DNA from: the human T2T-CHM13v2.0 reference genome, Homo sapiens
Reading direction: 5' to 3' (one strand)
Assembly (NCBI RefSeq): GCF_009914755.1
Contig: NC_060928.1
Length of the DNA stretch: 64,000 bases
A program made the translations under genes and the position numbers. The first letter of the stretch is position 1. Each line of letters begins with the position of its first letter. Of the stretch, positions 62,113 to 64,000 are shown one piece after another. The notes beneath the pieces are model-generated. The model searched no databases and was not told where the DNA came from. It saw only the letters and a list, made by a program, of their open reading frames with translations.

Positions 62113-64000
62113 GTGATCTTTTCTTAACAGTATATATACACATTAAAAAGGCAGACAGAGAGAGAGAGAGGGAGACAGACTTTAATATACATTATCCATA
62201 ATTGTTAGTGGAGAGTATATTATGTATATTTTCTATAATATGTGCTAATAGAAGGATCTCTCATATCCATAGATTGATAGTTCCAAGTCAAAGGTTGCAG
62301 TAGATATAGCCTATTATTACATGGACAGTTAAATTGCCTGGAAAAATAGCCTCCTCTCCCAGCTTCTCTTTTTAGTGAGTGTTCCCCAAACAAACTTTGT
62401 AAAACAAAAGTTTCATTTCATTCATATACCTGCTAATATCCTTGATTGGATATATATTAAAGTCAACATGTATTAAAGATAACAATTTATTATCTAGTTG
62501 CTATCTTTTAAAACAGCAATATGGAGCCTCTTAACATCTAAACATCTCAAATATATTTCTAAAGATAAACTGTATGCATGCATTGTACCTATAAAATTGT
62601 ATATTTGCACTACTGTCACTAATTATACAAAACACACATAAACCTATCCTATAAACGAAGTACTAAAAATACACTAATGTACCTTGAACTATATCAAAGT
62701 GGGGCTATATATATTTTTTCTGGTTTTAAGATTATATGATTTGTTATAGTCTTAGTCCTTTCCTGTCTTTATACCCATTCCCACATGTGGGATGAAAGAG
62801 AAATAGAAGAATAGCATATGAGGTAAAGAGTTTTTTTATAATGATAAGTAAGAAAATGATACACCAGTTTGAAATGCAGCGTTTCAGACAGTCGCTTTCA
62901 TTGTTATTCTGAATATTCAAATAAAAAAGAATAATCTCAGTGGATTCCTTTGGAAAAACAAATAAATTACAAAATGAGGAATGTGTATTTGCCCATCTGT
63001 GCATTTTGCAGCCATCATGACAAATTGTTGATTTGATACCATGGGCATTATTAAAATCAAAGTCCTGCCAATCCTGCTTTCATACATAACAGATTATACT
63101 AATTATCTATTGGGGCCAAATTCACACTCTAGCTATTAACTCTTATTTACCTGAATAGAAAAATCAAGTACCCACAATATAAAAGCCAGCAATGTCCAAA
63201 ACAAAAAATAATTGGACTGGAAGATGACATTAACCGCCTAATACATTCTGATATCAATTTCATTTCCAATTTTTAAAAAATTGAAAAAACATTGTACTAC
63301 TTTGAATCAGGCTTTCTGATACCGAATAGCCCTTCTAGTCTTATTACTCCAAACAAGCCAGTGAGTGACTAAATTTTAAATTTCGACCTCTCCAGCAATA
63401 TTCTTTAATTTATCTGAGCACCTGTGTTTTCCCTCAGTTTCATTTCTATTCTCTCTGGATGAAATAAAGAAAGGATATAGTGTGTATATCCTCTGGTGGA
63501 TCAATTAAATTAATGAATTAATGAATATCTGTTTAGCAATCATTTACCAAGTGTATATTATGTGTCTGATAATCTAGTCTATTCCTCGTGAATTTTAATT
63601 ATATTATTATTAAGATTGAAGTGTTCCCAATGTCTATGCTCTCTAATGTAAGAGATCCATTCTTTCATGAACCACCCCTATCTAAATACTTAATAAAAAT
63701 TCCAGGTGGGCTTACATTAAGATCCTATTATCCGTTCTCACTGCAGTGCCAGGCTGGACAGTATCACCACATTTTCACTCACAAGTGCCCATTGGTGCTG
63801 CTGTTATCATCCTGGTGTAGCATAAGGCAAGAGCTTCATCTGGCTCACCCTTTTGGAGAGGGATGGGATTGAGTGCTTCCATTCTTGAGGAACGGAGTGA
63901 TGAGAGATAAAGTGAAAAGTTCACTAAATTAACCGAGCTGTAACCAACATTCTGGCAAAAATTCTTCCCTCCTATCCACACACACACACAGGAACAAACA

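Overview
This is AT-rich, repeat-dense primate genomic DNA, almost certainly human because it contains an AluYa5 with all five diagnostic bases. It looks intergenic or deep-intronic. I find no host protein-coding gene, RNA gene, CpG island or prokaryotic-type system. The short ORFs in the track are mostly Alu, L1, Tigger or ERVL remnants, or chance. The window is a layered record of transposable elements: several L1 generations, a near-complete Tigger2, a decayed ERV-L provirus (gag-pro-RT-RNaseH-IN-dUTPase plus 3' LTR), solo LTRs, hAT elements, L2/MIR fragments and 13 Alus. The most notable oddities are a twin-primed inverted L1PA3, an ectopic internal copy inside the first L1, and an Alu whose tail inside its TSD is a G-quadruplex-like segment. 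I also see several deletion junctions, a 240-nt open-frame candidate exon and a strong CTCF-like motif. I see no convincing evidence of a new biological system. Subfamily names come from recalled consensus sequences and need RepeatMasker/Dfam confirmation. Boundaries of old elements are approximate.
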